Source: Pristiophorus japonicus (Eukaryota). Taken from it: a DNA stretch of 64,000 nt. The first letter of the stretch is position 1; every line of letters begins with the position of its first letter. The notes below the pieces were generated by a model that was not told where the DNA came from, made no database searches, and worked only from the letters and a program-made list of their open reading frames with translations. The translations under genes were made by a program, and so were the position numbers. Where the stretch lies: positions 222,084,001 through 222,148,000 of the forward strand of contig NC_091981.1 of NCBI RefSeq assembly GCF_044704955.1, given 5' to 3'. Of the stretch, positions 13,371 through 25,874 are shown in pieces.

Positions 13371-14726
13371 TGTCTGTATTTTATAGTCTCTTGAACACTC
13401 TTGAACAGTCTTAGTTCAACTTAACTCTATTTATTTGGGAGATCTCAGACAGCCATGTGGAGCTTTAAGATGGCGTTCCTTCACAGACCCTCTCTCTCAA
13501 TACAACTCCCTATACCCCCTAGCTAGAGAGCGCTATATATTATATTGATACCTCCTAGCTAGAGGGCACTATACATTATCTCGTTACACCTTTCCTTTCA
13601 TAAGAAACAAAAATAAATTAACGTTAACTTCAAACACTTTGACTTGTTCTTCAGTCCATTTCCAGACCGTGTCTTTATGAGTAAGCCGTCACAGAGGCTC
13701 ACTGAGGTCTGAAAGATCTGGCAAGAATTTTGTGAGGTACTTTGTCATATCGACAAATCGTTGTACACCTGCGACATCCTGTGGTTTCTGCATTTCATTG
13801 ATTGTGACCACTTTGCTTGGGTCGGCTTTGAGTCCATCACTAGACAATATGTGTCCCATGTATTTCACGTGGGAGCTCTTGTATTCAAACTTTGATGTTT
13901 CGCTCTCTGCATCTCTGCATGAATTTGCGTAAGTTTGCGTCATGATCATGATTGGCCTCTAAGTGTCTCACCCCGTCCAATGATCAAGATATCATCTGCA
14001 ATCTTGTAGACTCCATCTAGACCTTCGAGGTTCTGGTCTAGCTTCTGCTGGAAGATTTCCAGGGCAGGACTGATACTAAATGGCATTCTATTATATCGAT
14101 ATCGTTCCCTTGGAGTCTGGAAGGTCGTGAGGTAGGAGGACTCTGTATCTAGTTCACATGGCAAGAAACCCTCCTTGCAGTCTGCTTTAGTGAAGCCCTT
14201 TACATTTGACATCTGTGGCAAGATGTCATCAATCACAGGAAGTGGATAGTGTCCATGTTTCAGGGCATTGTTCAGATGTTGAGGATCGATACATACTCGT
14301 ATCTTTCCATTTGGTTTTTGTACAGTCACTAGGCTGGATACCCAGTCTGTCGGTTCAACCACTTTCATGATGATTTGTCATTTTTCCAAACGATCGAGTT
14401 CCCCTTTTAGCGTTTGTTTGATCGCTTTTGCACCGGTCTGGGTGGCATTACAGCTGATGTCGCTGATTCATTAAGTTCAAGGTGAACTGTCCCTGGCATG
14501 TGTCCAAGTCCCTTAAACACATCCGAATACGCACTGTTGACATCAGTTTTTGATTCGTAGTTTGTGATTCGCGTGGTTCATTTACCACCGTGATATTCTG
14601 ATGCTGCACTTTTATCAGTTGTAGCAGTTGAGCAGTGCGTGAGCCAATCAGTGGTGCACTTTGGCCCTCAATGATCACAAAGAGCACAATGTAATTTTGC
14701 TTGTTCTTTGTATTTTCCAGTGGCAC
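13371..14726 (-). mobile_element. Deleted Gypsy element: 3' LTR 13371-13588, polypurine tract, pol (RT) remnant
   Basis: Minus-strand LTR TG...CA preceded by gaaaggaaagg; RT motifs WVSSLVTV, RVCIDP, FQTP, RMPF, IADDIL, YMGH. Confidence 0.85.
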
Positions 14727-14759
14727 ATATACAAGTCCCTATCCCTGGAATTTAAGAGA

Positions 14760-15270
14760 GTAGACTTGAAAGCAATATATGGCACATTTGCATTGAGTGG
14801 GTGTTATTGAGGACATGATTTTAGTACTCGTGCACTACTATATAAAGCAGGTGAACTGGGCTTCAACACGAGGTGTAGAATATAATAGCAAGGAAATAAT
14901 GCTGCAATGGTCAGACTTCATTTAGGATATTGTGTTTGGTTTGGGGCATTTGACTTGGAGGAAGTTCAGAGCTGGTTAACCAGAATATTCAAAATGAAGG
15001 GATATAGCTATAAAGAGATACAGGGTAAACCTGAGTTATATTCCCTGGAGATGAGAAGGTTAAGGAATAAGGTGATTGAGATGTTTAAAACAATAAGGGG
15101 AGCTGACAAGATAGATAGAGAATGATGCCATGGTTTCTGTAGAATGTACTATTTCAAAATGTTATTTAGAATCAATTGAGGTGCTTAAATGAGAGCTATA
15201 AAGATATTAAGGGATATGGAGAAAAATGGGGAATTGGGGTGTGGTAAAGTATGGGATTTAACAGTGCAAG
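14760..15270 (+). mobile_element. Old CR1 fragment
   Basis: VRLHLGYCV.F and YSLEMRRLR remnants. Confidence 0.7.
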
Positions 15271-16337
15271 AATCCCTTGGAATAACTATGAGCATATACA
15301 CCATCACTGAGATTTGTCACTTATGTAGACCCCACGTCACTGAATCCCACCACAAAGCCTTAAAAAATATTAATGCTTTGAATATTTTTTCTTCCAAGCA
15401 CCTGAGAGAGAATTATACTGACATTGTTCAGAGCACAATAACTGATGGTATTCAAGAGGTGATTGAAGCTTTTGTGGTGTGTTCGTCACACATCATTTGT
15501 TTTTTCAAATCTGTTTGTCAAGGCAGCAGAAGTTCTGTGTTTATGCAGGATTTTCAAAAGTGTAAGGAATGTTCAACTGCACACACACAAGGATACAGAC
15601 GTCCCGAGTCAAAACCTAACATCACGTGCAATGCTGCAACAAGGATAGGTTGTTGAACTTCCACTTCTGCCATTGTTGGTACTTTTGATTCTCTGCCATT
15701 TCCACTTCAGAGTTGTTTGTTGAATGCCACTTTTTGGTTGAATACCTACTGTTGGATTTTTGGAATCCCTTTAGGGATCTATTTGAGACTGATGTAACAC
15801 GTAAGTACCATGTGAGTGGCAACTTCTGGACATGGTATTCTGAGTCTTTACTGGTGCTGCTCATCTGGCACATCTTCATCAGCACATCTGCTTCTGTTTC
15901 TGAAAACTGATTTCTGTGTTGTTTGTGACAATTTCAGCATAATTTCTGACAGATTTCTGGCAAAGACTATTTGCTCATGTCTTCATAATAGTTGCGAGGT
16001 CTAATTTTCTGCCGACAGAAATATTTAGTGATTCAGACTGTGACAGATTCAGACTGAGATAATCATACACTCCATGAAACATGATGGTTCCTGTCTTGTT
16101 GGGACTGAGCGGGGGGATGGAGCATGGGGCCAGGGCGGTGGTGGCAGGGGTTGTTACAGGTGAGGACTGTAGAAGGGTGGTAGGCCAGGAAGAAGGGTGA
16201 ATATACAATTTTATTTGATTACCTTCCTTTTGCAAGTTTCTACATGCACACACTGCAGTTTTGTTTCCATTAATATGTGACATTGCAAAATGAAATAGAG
16301 AAGACTTTTTCCTCAATGTAGTCCTTTCCTTGACACG

Positions 16338-17282
16338 TTTGGCCTCCTTAGCGCCTCATGTTATCGCTTGTGGGGGGGTCGATAATGGGATGCTAATGAC
16401 TTACCGACCGGGCGCGGTGAGATGAATGACTCCCGCTAACTTGGCTTAGAGGTTTCTGGCGGCGATAGCACATTGCACCACGATCACCTGCGATCTTCTG
16501 GAGATCGTGACGTCATTGTCCTGCGCATCGCCCTGGTAGCGCCCCGGACCCAAACTTCGGTTCCACCCCCTGCAGCATCGCCAGATGCCAACACTGACAG
16601 CTGCAGGAGGCGTTCTTTGAGAAGCCGGGTGCTTTGGGGGCGCAAGTTAAAAGCGATGTTGGCACGATAAGTAGGAAAATTGTTGTAAATCATCATTTCA
16701 ATTTTTTCCATTTCTCTTTGGCCGCGATTGATCAGCCCAGCACTCTGCTGATTGGGCGGGATCGGGGCTGCTGATCGGGCGAGATCGAGGCTGCTGATCG
16801 GACGAGATCGGGGCTGCTGATCGGGCGAGATCGGGGCTGCTGATTGGGCGGGATCGGGGCTGCTGATTGGGCGGGATCGGGGCTGCTGATTGGGCTGGAT
16901 CGGGGCTACTGATCGGGCGGGACCGGGGCTGCTGATCGGGCGGGACCGGGGCTACTGATCGGGCGGGACCGGGGCTGCTGATCGGGCGGGACCGGGGCTG
17001 CTGATCGGGCGGGACCGGGGCTGCTGTCTGGTCCCAAAGCAGAGCCTGTAGCGAGGGAAGGAGCCTTGGATCTCGGCAGTACTGCACAGGACATTGTGCA
17101 GCCCTGCACCACTACCTCCATGCCCCCTCCCTCTGCCTGCATCCATTAGCGCTCCAGGAAGGAAGTCGAGTGCTTGATTTAGTGCTCCATTTCCTTCTGG
17201 AGTGCTAACACCGAATTTACAGAAAGCTGAGAATCATTAGTGCCTGGCACTAACAAACGGGGCGATACTGAATTTCTCTCCC
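16338..17282. mobile_element. GC-rich Harbinger-type MITE (left end eroded)
   Basis: Shares internal blocks (gagatcgtgacgtc, gacccaaacttcggttcc, ggaagtcgagtgcttgatttagtgctcca) with elements at 26885, 34826, 42491 and 63600; right end gaatttctctccc. Confidence 0.7.
16745..17026 (+). repeat. 23-bp GC-rich minisatellite, about 12 copies
   Basis: Unit ctgctgatcgggcggga(t/c)cgggg repeated head-to-tail without spacers. Confidence 0.95.
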
Positions 17283-20168
17283 TTGATCTTATCCCTTACC
17301 TTTATTCTTTACAGTAATCTTGTTTATGTTGCAGAATTGCACTGGAAACTAGTTGTGACTATTCAAATGCATTAGTTCCTGTTAGTTAAACCGTGGTGTT
17401 GAGAAGTTTAATCAATGGGGGGACTAACATATGGTAACAGTGGTGAAGAGACATGAATGCTGTTAGCCTTCCATGCCCTCCCTCTTCCACCTTTGTTACA
17501 ATTAAATGGTTGGAATGGAACTTATCAAGAATTTGGTTCATAGAATCATAGAATGGTTACAGCACGGAAGAAGGTAATTCGGCCCGTTGAGCTGCAAGAG
17601 CACTTCAGCTAATCCCATTCCCCACCCTTTCCCCATAGACTTCCAACTTTTTTTTCTTTAGATACTTAGCCAATTCCCTTTTGAAAGCCAGGATTGAATC
17701 TGCCTCCACCACCCTTTCAGGCAGTGCATTCCAGATCCTAACTACTCGCTGTGTAAAAAAAATATTTTTCTTATGTCGCCTTTGGTTCTTTTGCCAATCA
17801 CCTTAAATCTGTGTCCTCTGGTTCTCGACCCTTCCGCCAATGGGAACAGTTTCTCTCTATCTACTCTGTCCTGACTCCTCATGATTTTGAACACCTCTGT
17901 CAAATCTCCTCAACCTTCTCTGCTCTAAGGAGAACACTCTATTTACGTAACTGAAGTCCCTCATCCTTGGAATCATTCTCATAAATCTTTTCTGCACCCT
18001 CTCTAAGGCCTTCACATCCTTCCTCAAGTGTGGTGCCCAGAATTGGACACGATACTCCAATTGAGGCCAAACCAATGTTTTATACAGGTTCATCATAATA
18101 TCCACACTTTCATAATCAATAACTCTATTCATGAAGCCCAGGATCCTGAAAGCATTTTTAACCGCTTTCTCAACCTGCCCTGCCAACTTCAATGATTTGT
18201 GCACAAATACCCCTTGGTCTCTCTGTTCGTGCACCCCCTTTAGGATTGTACTCTTTAGTTTATATTTCTTTTCCTCATTCTTTCTACCAAAATGTATCAC
18301 TTCGCACTTTTCTGCATTAAATTTCATCTGCCATGTGTCTGCCCATTCCACCAGCCTGTCTATGTCCTCTTGAAGTCTATCACTATCTCCCTCACTGTTC
18401 ACTGTACGTCCAAGTTTTGTGTCATCTGCAAATTTTAAAATTGTGCCCTGTACACCCAGATCCAAGTCATTAATATGCATCAATAAAAGCAGTGGTCCTA
18501 GAGCTGTCCCAGGGGAACACCACTGTATACCTTCCTCCAGTCCAAAAAACAACCGTTCACCACTACTCTGTTTCCTGTCACTTAGCCAATTTCGTATCCA
18601 TGCTGCCACTGTCTCTTTTATTCCATGGGCTTCAACTTTGCTGGCAAGCCTATTGTCAAACGCCTTTTTAAAGTCCATGTACACCAGATCGGTTTGCCCT
18701 CATCAGCCCTCTCTGTTATTTCATTAAAAAACTTGATCAAGTTGGTTAAACACGATTTGCCTTTAATAAATCCATGCTGGCTTTCCTTAATTAATCCACG
18801 CTTGTCTAAGTGACTGTTAATTTTGTCCCTGATCATTGTTTCTAAAAGCTTTCCCACTACCGAGGTTAAACTGACCGGCCTATAGTTGCTGGGTTTATCT
18901 TTACACCCATTTATTTGAACATGGATGTAGTATTTTCAATTTTCTAGTCCTTTGGCAGCATCCCTGTTCAAGGAGGATTGGAAGATTATGGCCAATACCT
19001 CTACAATCTCTTCCTTCACCTCCCTCAATGTCCTAGGATGCATCCCATCTGGTCCTGATGACTTATCTACTTTAATTACAGCCAGCCTTTCTAGTAGCTC
19101 CGCTTTATCAATTTTTATCCCATCCAGTATCTCCTCTACCTCTTCCTTCACTATGTCTATGGCAGCATCTTCTTCCTTGGTGATGACAGATGCAAAGTAC
19201 ACATTTAGTACCCCGCCATACCCTCTGCCTCTATGTGTAGGTCTCCTTTTTGGTCCCTAATCGCCCCCGCCCCTTCTCTTACTACCCGTTTACTATTTAT
19301 ATGCCTAAAAGAAGACTTTTGTATTACCTTTTATGTTAGCTGCCATTCTATTCTCATACCCTCTCTTTGTCCCTCTTATTTTCTTCTTCACTTCTCCTCT
19401 GACCTTTCGATATTTAGCCTGATTCTCAGATGAATTCTCGACCTGCATCTGTCATACGCGCTCTTTTTCTGCTTCATCTTATTCTCTATTTCTTTCGTCA
19501 TCCAGGGAGCTCTGACTTTAGTTGCCCCACCTTTTCCCCTAGTGGGAATGTACCTCAACTGTACCTGAACTATTTCTTCTTTAAAGGCAGTCCATTGTTC
19601 CATTATAGTTTTGCCTCCCAATCTTTGATCCAAATTTACCCGGGCCAGATCCGTTCTCCTCCGACTGAAATTGGCCTTCTCCAATTAAGTATTTTTACTC
19701 TAGATTGCTCCCTGTCCTTTTCCATAGCTAATTTAAACCTTATGATGCTATGATCACTGTTTCCTAAATGTTCACCAACTGACACTTGCTCCACTTGACC
19801 TATCTCATTCCCCAGAACCAGATCCAGCAATGCCTCCTTCCTCATTGGGCTGGAAAAATAATATAAGAACATAAAAACATAAGAATTAGGAGCAGGAGTA
19901 GGCCATCGGCCCCTCGAGCCTGCTCTGCCATTCAATGAGATCGTGGCTGACCTTCCACCTCTTCCTTTGATCTAATACATTATGTAACGTCTCTTGTTAG
20001 CCAGGGTTGGACCAGTTTTCCTGTGGGTTTTTTGTGCCTTAAAGGAATGTATGTTTGTTGCAAATTATGTATTAATTCTTTAAATGCTAGTCATTGCTTG
20101 TCTACCATCATACCTTTTAATGTAGTTTCCCAATCTACCTTCGCCAACGCTCCCCTCGTACCAACGTA

Positions 20169-20800
20169 GGGCTGGATTTTCGGCTTTTATGTTTTGGGGC
20201 GATAATGGCGGCGGGGCGGGAAAGTTAGTGACCGGGAATAGTTTGCGTGTCAGTAGATAAGTTTGGGCAGCTGGGCTCTGCATCAGGGAGCAGAGCGCTA
20301 AGGGAGGAGTCCTATACCTCTCTTGGCGCTAGGACGGGAAACTCCCAACTAAAGAGCCGGCCTGGGAGCGCTCCGAGGGACACCTGGGGGGGGGAAACCT
20401 AAAAAAAACAACACAAAATCCTTCCCAAAACATTGCCCATGCCGCCACAACACAATCGCACAGAAAATTAAAAGAAAAACAATCAACAATCACACTTACC
20501 TTGGGAGTCCATTACTCACCTCTTCGCCGATGGGATGGTTGGACCGCCCTGATTTCCCAGGCAGTCAGTGCGAGGCGCGCTTCGTGGCAGACGGGCCAGG
20601 CAGGAGTTCAAACTTGGGCCGGTATCACAACCAGGGGCGTCACACACCGGCGCAGCTCTTCCAGGCAGTGCTGCTCCCTGCCGCCGCAAAACCAGACCTG
20701 AGGATCGCTGCGGGGCGCTGGAGGCTGACCGCCCAGCCAAAACACCTCACTGCCGCCATTGACGCCACTCCGGAGTGTAGAAGACCCGAAAATCCAGCCC
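20169..20800. mobile_element. Harbinger-type MITE
   Basis: 15-bp perfect TIR gggctggattttcgg / ccgaaaatccagccc; 3-bp TSD gta/ata. Confidence 0.85.
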
Positions 20801-20836
20801 ATAGTTTCCTTTGTTTAGATTTAAGACCCTAGTTTC

Positions 20837-21127
20837 GGGGGAGCCAATTTAAAACCGAGTTGAGAAGGAATTTCTTCTCCCAGAGGGTTGTGAATCTGTG
20901 GAATTCTCTGCCCAAGGAAGCAGTTGAGGCTAGCTCATTGAATGTATTCAAGTCACAGATAAATAGATTTTTAACCAATAAGGGAATTAAGGGTTATGGG
21001 GAGTGGGCGGGTAAGTGGAGCTGAGTCCACGGCCAGATCAGCCATGATCTTGTTGAATGGCGGAGCAGGCTCGAGGGGCTAGATGGCTTACTCCTGTTCC
21101 TAATTCTTATATTCTTATGTTCTTATG
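20837..21127 (+). mobile_element. Young CR1 short 3' copy
   Basis: Near-identical to about 34533-34816; (ttcttatg)n tail; TSD tagtttc at 20830-20836 and 21128-21134. Confidence 0.92.
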
Positions 21128-21700
21128 TAGTTTCAGATTTAACTAAATCACTTGCAAACTTAAAATAAAATTCTATCATAGTATGGTCACTTTTCCCAAA
21201 GGGACCCTTCACTACAAGGTTATTAATTAATCCTTTCTCATTGCACAATACTAGATCTAAAATAGCCTGTTCTCAAGTTGGTTCCTCAACATACTGATCT
21301 AGAAAAGCATCTTGTTTACATTCCATGAATTTGTCTTTTACCTATTACTGTAAATTTGGTTTGCCCAGTCAATATGTAGTTTAAAGCCTCCCATGATGAT
21401 TGTATTACCTTTGTTACATGCACTTCTAATTTCCTGATTTATACTGCCCTACATTACCACTACTGTTTGGGGGCCTGTAAACAACTCCCACCAATGTTTT
21501 CTGTCTCTTACTGTTTCTTAGCTCCACCCAAACTGATTCTACTTCTTGATTTTCCAAGCTAAGATCCTTTCTCTGTACAGTCTTTACCCCTTCATTATTA
21601 TCAAGACTACCCCTCCTCCTGTTACATTTTGCCTATCTCTTTTAAAAGTAAAGTATCCTGGAATATTTAGTTCTCAACCGTGGTCACTTTGATACCATGT

Positions 21701-23614
21701 CCCCAACATCGAAGCACTGACCACACTCGACCAGCTCCGTTGGGCAGGCCACATCATCCGCATGCCTGACACAAGACTCCCAAAGCAAGTGCTTTACTCT
21801 GAACTCCCACACGGCAAGCGAGCCCCAGAGGAAACGTTTCAAGGACACCCTCAAAGCCACCTTGATAAAGTGCAACTTCCCCACTGACACCTGGGAATCC
21901 CTGGCCAAAGACCGCCCTGAGTGGAAGGAGAGCATCCAGGAGAACATAACATAAGAACATAAGAATTAGGAACAGGAGTAGGCCATCTAGCCCCTCGAGC
22001 CTGCTCCGCCATTCAATAAGATCATGGCTGATCTGGCCATGGACTCAGCTCCACTTACCCGCCCGCTCCCCGTAACCCTTAATTCCCTTATTGGTTAAAA
22101 ATCTATCTATCTGTGATTTGAATACATTCAATAGCTAGCCTCAACTGCTTCCTTGGGCAGAGAATTTCACAGATTCACAACCCTCTGGGAGAAGAAATTC
22201 CTTCTCAACTCGGTTTTAAATTGGCTCCCCTGTATTTTGAGGCTGTGCCCCCTAGTTCTAGTCTCCCCGACCAGTGGAAACAACCTCTCCGCCTCTATCT
22301 TGTCTATCCCTTTCATTATTTTAAATGTTTCTATAAGATCACCCCTCATCCTTCTGAACTCCAACGAGTAAAGACCCAGTCTACTCAATCTATCATCATA
22401 AGATAACCCCCTCATCTCCGGAATCAGCCTAGTGAATCGTCTCTGTACCCCCTCCAAAGCCAGTATATCCTTCCTTAAGTAAGGTGACCAAAACTGCACG
22501 CAGTACTCTAGGTGCGGCCTTACCAATACCCTATACAGTTGCAGCAGGACCTCCCTGCTTTTGTACTCCATCCCTCTCACAATGAAGGCCAACATTTCAT
22601 TCGCCTTCCTGATTACCTGCTGCACCTGCAAACTAACTTTTTGGGATTCATGCACAAGGACCCCCAGGTTCCTCTGCACCTCAGCATGTTGTAATTTCTC
22701 CCCATTCAAATAATATTTCCTTTTACTGTTTTTTTTCCCAAGGTGGATGACCTCACACTTTCCGACATTGTATTCTATCTGCCAAACCTTAGCCCATTCA
22801 CTTAACCTATCTAAATCTCTTTACAGCCTCTCTGTGTCCTCTACACAACACGCTTTCCCACTAATCTTTGTGTCATCTGCAAATTTTGTTACACTACACT
22901 CTGTCCCCTCTTCCAGGTCATCTATGTATATTGTAAACAGTTGTGGTCCCAGCACCGATCCCTGTGGCACACCACTAACCACCGATTTCCAACCCGAAAA
23001 GGACCCATTTATCCCAACTCTCTGCTTTCTGTTAGTTGGCCAATTCTCTATCCATGCTAATACATTTCCACTGACTCAGCGTACCTCTATCTTCTGCAGT
23101 AACCTTTTGTGTGGCACCTTATCGAATGCCTTTTGGAAATCTAAATACACCACATCCATTGGTACACCTCTATCCACCATGCTCGTTATATCCTCAAAGA
23201 ATTCCAGTAAATTAGTTAAACATGATTTCCCCTTCACGAATCCATGTTGCGTCTGCTTGATTGCACTATTCCTATCTAGATGTTCCACTATTTCTTTCTT
23301 AATGATAGTTTCAAGCATTTTCCCCACTACAGATGTTAAACTGACTGGCCTATAGTTACCTGCCTTTTGTCTGCCCTTTTGTCTGCGCTGAGCACCTCGA
23401 GTCTCGTCGCCGAGAGCATGCAGAAAACAAGCGCAGGCAGCGGAAGGAGTGTGCTGCAAACCAGTCCCACCTACCCTTTCCTTCAACGACTGTCTGTCCC
23501 ACCTGTGACAGAGACTGTAATTCCTGTATTGGACTGTTCAGTTACCTGAGAACTCACTTTGAGTGGAAGCAAGCCTTCCTCGATTTCGAGGGACTGCCTA
23601 TGATGATGATGATG
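21701..23614 (+). mobile_element. RTE LINE 3' fragment split by a young CR1 (21701-21942 and 23385-23614)
   Basis: catccaggag | gcgctgagcacctcgag rejoins to match RTE 766-1639; (ATG)n tail; atgtc at both ends. Confidence 0.88.
21943..23384 (-). mobile_element. Young CR1 LINE, 1.44 kb, 5'-truncated
   Basis: GNYRPVSLTS, YLDFQKAFDKV and RPHLEYC motifs; reverse complement of 33399-34818 with few differences. Confidence 0.95.
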
Positions 23615-24104
23615 TCTCCGTAATGGCTATTAGATCAAACCTATTCATTTCTATATGCGTTATTACTTCATCTATTTTGTTGCGAATGCTTCGTGCATCC
23701 AGAACCTTTAGCTCTGACCTTTTTCTATTTTTCCCTATTACCTTTGTTACTCTCTGTCCCTTCCTGATCCACTCTGCTTATTTTTATCCAAAACTTTGCT
23801 CTGCTCAAGACCCTTGACATTTCTCTTGCTGCTTTTAAATTTACTCTTTCCGGAATCCTCCCATCCTCCTTCATTATTTTAAAGCCCTGTCTACTGCCCT
23901 AGTATTCGATTCGCCTGGACACTGGTTCCAGCCCGGTTCAAGTGGAGCCCGTCCCAATGAAACAGCTCCCTCTTTCCCCAGTACTGTGCCAGTGCCCCCT
24001 GAAGTAAAACCACTGCTTCCAACAATATAAGGATCCAGAAAGTTCTCCTGAACGCACTTCAGAAATTTTTCCCTATCTCTGCCCCTTACACTGTCCCAGT
24101 CTAT

Positions 24105-25293
24105 GGGCCCAAATTTGGCCCTCCAGTTAAAATGACGCACTTACCTGAGGTGCGCCGACTTTCTGCTCCCAAAACGGCGCCAATAATGTAGCTCCGTATT
24201 CTCCCCACTCTGTGGACCGTCCTAGGCCTTGGCGTGGCGTGGCAAGCACAGTGTGGGGCGGAGCTTGGGCCGTGCTGCTGAAACAGCTGGCAGGGGCCGG
24301 GGCTACGCCCCAGCGTCTGTAGCTGTGCCGGCAGCGTTGCGCATGTGCATTGGATCATTTGCCCATGCACAGTAGCTCCTCCCGTGATTGTGATGATGTG
24401 TGCCTGCAGCGTGGGACCCAACGCATCCTGCCCCTATCCCGAGCTGAGTGGCCTGCCGCTCAGGCCGGCCACAGCCTTCCCGCGCTGAGGGCTACAAGAA
24501 ACGGGTTGGTGCTGGGAGACTTCTGATCGGGGGGGGGAGGGGGGTGAGGAGTTTTGATTGGTGGGGGGGTGGGGGGGTGAAGGAGGAGAGTTTTGATCCG
24601 GGGGGGGAGGAGAGAGGAGAGTTTTGATGGGGGGGTGGTGGGGGGAGGAGAGAGGAGAGTTTTGATGAGGGGGGGGGGAAGAGAGGAGAGTTTTGATGGG
24701 TGAGGAAGGTGTGATAACTATGTAGCCAGTAATTTTAAAGAGCTTACTTGAGACTTTTCGTAACCCTGTTGATGAAAATACTTTCCTACGAGCAGGAGGT
24801 ACTTCTACTTTTTATTTGGATATTTTGAAAAAATTCTGTAAATATGTTTTGTCTCTACTTCTTTTATTTTTGTCGTTTAAGCTTCTATGAATGCTTCTGT
24901 TGTATAGTAAATTAACTTTGCGAAGTTTGTCAAATAAAGTCCTGTATAGCTGTTTGATCCTATTCACATTCTTCAGTTAAGTCGTTAAATACCTACCTGC
25001 GCTGATTTCTTAACTCTCCGCACGGGTTTTCTATGCGGCCACAAGTGGCCACATACGCTGGCCTAAGTTAGTTTGGAGCAACTATTAGCTGTCCAAACTG
25101 GCTTAAATGGCCAAAACAGGTGTAGGTGGCTGGTAACAGCCCCTTTTGAAAAAAAAACTAAACTAAAAAAAATCCTAACTAACTCATTTACACGGGCGCA
25201 AATTAAATGTGCAGAATGGGAATTTTTAAGATACTCCAGAAAAATCAAGTTGCTCCAAAAAAAACAGAGCAACTCCTGGGCAAATTTGGGCCC
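24105..25293. mobile_element. Harbinger-type MITE
   Basis: TIR gggcccaaatttg / caaatttgggccc; TAT TSD (24102-24104, 25294-25296); host CR1 rejoins as cagtctatattagg. Confidence 0.88.
24520..24710 (+). repeat. G-rich degenerate tandem repeat inside the MITE
   Basis: About 5-6 units of (G)n-aggagag-ttttgat. Confidence 0.8.
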
Positions 25294-25510
25294 TATATTA
25301 GGATAGTTGAAGTCCCCCATTATCACTACTCTATAGTTCTTGCATCTCTGTAATTTCTCTGCAAATTTGCTCCTCCATATTTTTTCCACTACTTGATGGT
25401 CTCTAGAATACCCTTAGTAGTGCAGTGACATCTTTATTGCTTCTTAACTCTAACCAAATAGATTCTGTCCTTGACTAATTCAGGACATCCTCCCCAGCAC
25501 TGTAATATTC

Positions 25511-25874
25511 TCCCCTCCCTATCTCTGTAATTTCCTTCAGCCTCACAACCCCCCGAGATGTCTGCGCTCCTCAAATTCTGCCCTCTTGATCATCCCTGAT
25601 TTATAACTGCTCAACATCTGGTGGCCGTGCCTTCAGCTGCCTAGACTCTGGAACTCCCTCCCTAAATCTCTCCGCCTCTCTATCTCTTTCCTCCTTTTAA
25701 GACGCTCCTTAAAACCTTTCTCTTTGACCAAACTTTTGGTCACCTGCCGTAATTTCTTCTTATGTGGCTCAGTATCAAATTTATTTGTTTTGTCTTATAA
25801 CATTCCTGTGAAGCGCCTTGGGACATTTTACTACATTAGAGGTGCCATATAAAAACAAGTTGTTGTTGTTATTG
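25511..25874 (+). mobile_element. L2 LINE 3' end
   Basis: Matches about 6935-7259; (ttg)n tail. Confidence 0.85.

Larger units (their letters stand above)
19864..24025 (-). mobile_element. Second CR1 subfamily copy, RT internally deleted, nested in the CR1 above and itself interrupted
   Basis: Reversed CR1 tail at 19864-19960 runs directly into endonuclease-side sequence; continues at 20801-20836, 21128-21700 and 23615-24025. Confidence 0.7.
17538..25510 (-). mobile_element. Long CR1 LINE (segments about 17538-19860, 24030-24104, 25294-25510) hosting nested insertions
   Basis: RT motifs (YMDFKKAFD, FADDTK, PQLEY) then endonuclease motifs (LDLVL, SDH, MGDFNYP); sequence rejoins across the insertions. 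Confidence 0.85.

Noticed and set aside
16745-17026. CRISPR array or repeat protein (ORFs 16698..17087, 16906..17142)
   Set aside because: Units abut with no unique spacers, the context is a vertebrate intron, and the ORFs are just stop-free readings of a GC-rich minisatellite.
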